In this document: positions 48,104 through 49,665 of the stretch, piece by piece
Position numbering within the stretch: the stretch's first letter is position 1
Layout of the letters: each line of letters starts with the position of its first letter
Assembly (NCBI GenBank): GCA_049644345.1
Contig: JBARRS010000116.1
Coordinates: 1 to 49,665, forward strand
Length of the DNA: 49,665 nucleotides
Reading direction: 5' to 3'
From: Gaiellaceae bacterium
GTDB lineage: Bacteria > Actinomycetota > Thermoleophilia > Gaiellales > Gaiellaceae
Notes under the pieces: generated by a model
Seen by the model: only the letters and a program-made list of their open reading frames with translations
Told to the model about the DNA's origin: nothing
The model's database searches: none
Position numbers and translations under genes: made by a program

Positions 48104-49122
48104 TAGAAGAGGCGTGAATCGTCGCGAGTCGCGCCCAGCGCCTCGCGGCCGAGCTCGGTGACGACTCGCCCGCGCGGGGTGCGCTGGAGGTAACCGAGCT
48201 GCAGCAGGTACGGCTCGTAGACGTCCTCGATCGTGTCCGGCTCCTCGCCGAGCGCGACCGCGAGCGTCGAGAGACCTACCGGGCCGCCGCCGAACTTCTC
48301 CGCGATCGCGCGCAGGAGCGCGCGATCGGTGCGCTCGAGGCCGTCCCCGTCTACCTCCATCAGCTCGAGCGCCTCCCGCGCGATCTCGATCGTGATCGCT
48401 CCCTCGTGGCGCACCTCGGCGACGTCGCGGACCCGCCGCAGGATCCGGTTCGCGATCCGCGGAGTGCCTCGTGAGCGGCGGGCGATCTCCTCCGCGGCGT
48501 CTTCGGACATCTGGACGCCCAGGATCCGCGCGGAGCGTCGGGCGATCAGCGCGAGCTCTTCCGGCTCGTAGTGCTCGAGGCGGAACGTCATGCCGAACCG
48601 GTCGCGGAGCGGCGTCGTCAAGAGGCCGGTGCGCGTCGTCGCGCCCACGAGCGTGAACGGCGGCAGGTCGAGCGTCAGCGTCCGAGCGGCCGGGCCCTGG
48701 CCGACGACGATGTCGAGCCGGAAGTCCTCGAGCGCCGGATAGAGGATCTCCTCGACCGCCGAGCTCAGACGGTGGATCTCGTCGACGAAGAGGACATCGC
48801 GCTCCGAGAGCGCGGTCAGGATCGCGGCGACGTCGCCCTTTCGCTCGAGCGCGGGCCCGGCGACCGAGCGGAAGCCGACGCCGAGCTCCTCGTGGACGAT
48901 GTGGGCAAGGCTCGTCTTGCCGAGGCCCGGCGGGCCGATCAGGAGCAGGTGGTCGAGCGCGTCCCCGCGCGAGCGCGCGGCGGTGAGCGCGATCGCGATC
49001 TGCTCCTTGACGCGCTCCTGCCCTACGAACTCCTCGAGGCGACGCGGCCGCAACGAGCGCTCGAGCTCGTCCTCCTCCGGGCGAGTGGTCGGGGCCAGAA
49101 ACTGTGTCTCGGCGGCGCTCAT
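48103..49122 (-). CDS. ruvB: Holliday junction branch migration helicase RuvB
   Basis: 339 aa. [17 protein letters not shown], Walker [12 protein letters not shown], Walker [11 protein letters not shown], sensor [19 protein letters not shown]-terminal winged helix. Confidence 0.95.
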   Translation of the reverse strand: MSAAETQFLAPTTRPEEDELERSLRPRRLEEFVGQERVKEQIAIALTAARSRGDALDHLLLIGPPGLGKTSLAHIVHEELGVGFRSVAGPALERKGDVAAILTALSERDVLFVDEIHRLSSAVEEILYPALEDFRLDIVVGQGPAARTLTLDLPPFTLVGATTRTGLLTTPLRDRFGMTFRLEHYEPEELALIARRSARILGVQMSEDAAEEIARRSRGTPRIANRILRRVRDVAEVRHEGAITIEIAREALELMEVDGDGLERTDRALLRAIAEKFGGGPVGLSTLAVALGEEPDTIEDVYEPYLLQLGYLQRTPRGRVVTELGREALGATRDDSRLF

Positions 49123-49665
49123 GCCGCCCTCAACGCCTCGCGGACGCGCTCCTCCGGCGGCAGGTCGGGATCGGTGGCGGCGAGCGCCTGCTCGGCCTCG
49201 ACGATCGAGTAGCCGAGCTCGACGAGCGCCTCGCGGGCGACGACGTGAGGCGCCGTGCCGATCTCGGTCACCTCGGCGACCGAGTCCGCGAGCTTCTCCT
49301 TCAGCTCGAGCACGACGCGCTGCGCCGTCTTCTTGCCGATGCCGGGGATCGCCTCGAAGCGTTTTGTGTCCTCGAGCACGATCGCGCGCCGGAGCTCCGC
49401 CGGAGGCGAGCCGGAGACGATCGCGAGCGCCACTTTCGGACCGACGCCGGAGACGGAGAGCAGCTGCTCGAAAAGCTCGCGCTCGGCCGCCTCGGCGAAG
49501 CCGTAGAGCTGAAGGGTGTCCTCCCGCACGTGCAGGTACGTCTCGAGCGTCACCTCGTCACCCGGCTCCGCGAGCGCGCTCTGCGTCGCCGCGACCGCGT
49601 AGCCGACGCCGCCGACGTCGACGACGACGCCGCCGGCGCGACGGCCAGCGACGGTGCCACGGAGG
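49119..49665 (-). CDS. ruvA: Holliday junction DNA-binding protein RuvA (5' end cut by the window edge)
   Basis: The frame stays open to the window end: ...[49 protein letters not shown]..., HhH motifs [12 protein letters not shown] and [17 protein letters not shown]. The stop overlaps the ruvB ATG (ATGA). Confidence 0.9.
   Translation of the reverse strand, partial: LRGTVAGRRAGGVVVDVGGVGYAVAATQSALAEPGDEVTLETYLHVREDTLQLYGFAEAAERELFEQLLSVSGVGPKVALAIVSGSPPAELRRAIVLEDTKRFEAIPGIGKKTAQRVVLELKEKLADSVAEVTEIGTAPHVVAREALVELGYSIVEAEQALAATDPDLPPEERVREALRAA

Overview
GC-rich (about two-thirds to 70% G+C by eye, not computed), gene-dense chromosomal window. It looks like a deep-branching, high-GC actinobacterial type (Thermoleophilia/Rubrobacteria-like), but that is only a guess. 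I support about 50 protein-coding genes. I found no rRNA, tRNA, CRISPR array, transposase or integrase. Many of the long track ORFs are antisense or out-of-frame artefacts of the high GC content. I trimmed several N-terminal extensions to starts that are supported by family-typical N-termini, SD sequences or 4-nt stop/start overlaps.

Recognisable content:
- Two two-component systems.
- A LysR regulator plus aldehyde dehydrogenase pair, and an hbd-cupin pair.
- A fused PafBC-type WYL regulator.
- queG, glpX, hpt, mntH, rel, recJ, ruvB and ruvA (ruvA is 5'-truncated by the window end).
- A PiT/DUF47 phosphate uptake pair.
- An M23 peptidase and a BNR/sialidase-like exoprotein.
- A class III cyclase-ATPase-TPR giant protein.
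- A PMM/DmpA/thioesterase/GAF operon, a patatin-like lipase, and an ArsR-SRPBCC pair.

Most interesting finding: a tightly coupled minus-strand gene string at 24234->18313. It reads DUF47-PiT-metallophosphoesterase-cyclic 2,3-diphosphoglycerate synthetase-like-2-phosphoglycerate kinase-like-GlpX-DUF59. This appears to be a bacterial copy of the cDPG thermoprotectant / phosphate-store pathway known from methanogenic archaea, wired to phosphate import and gluconeogenesis.

Other items worth a second look:
- A ~166-nt concentric imperfect palindrome exactly filling a convergent gene gap (45602-45767).
- A 2 x 61-bp hairpin-containing tandem repeat upstream of recJ.
- A triple GATATC array in a 37-bp divergent spacer.
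- A consensus leaderless promoter with a 12-bp palindrome at the ArsR gene.
- Two unannotated small ORFs.
- A SPOR gene with no canonical start codon.
- A lower-GC secreted-protein islet.

All domain calls come from motif recognition by eye. No searches were run.
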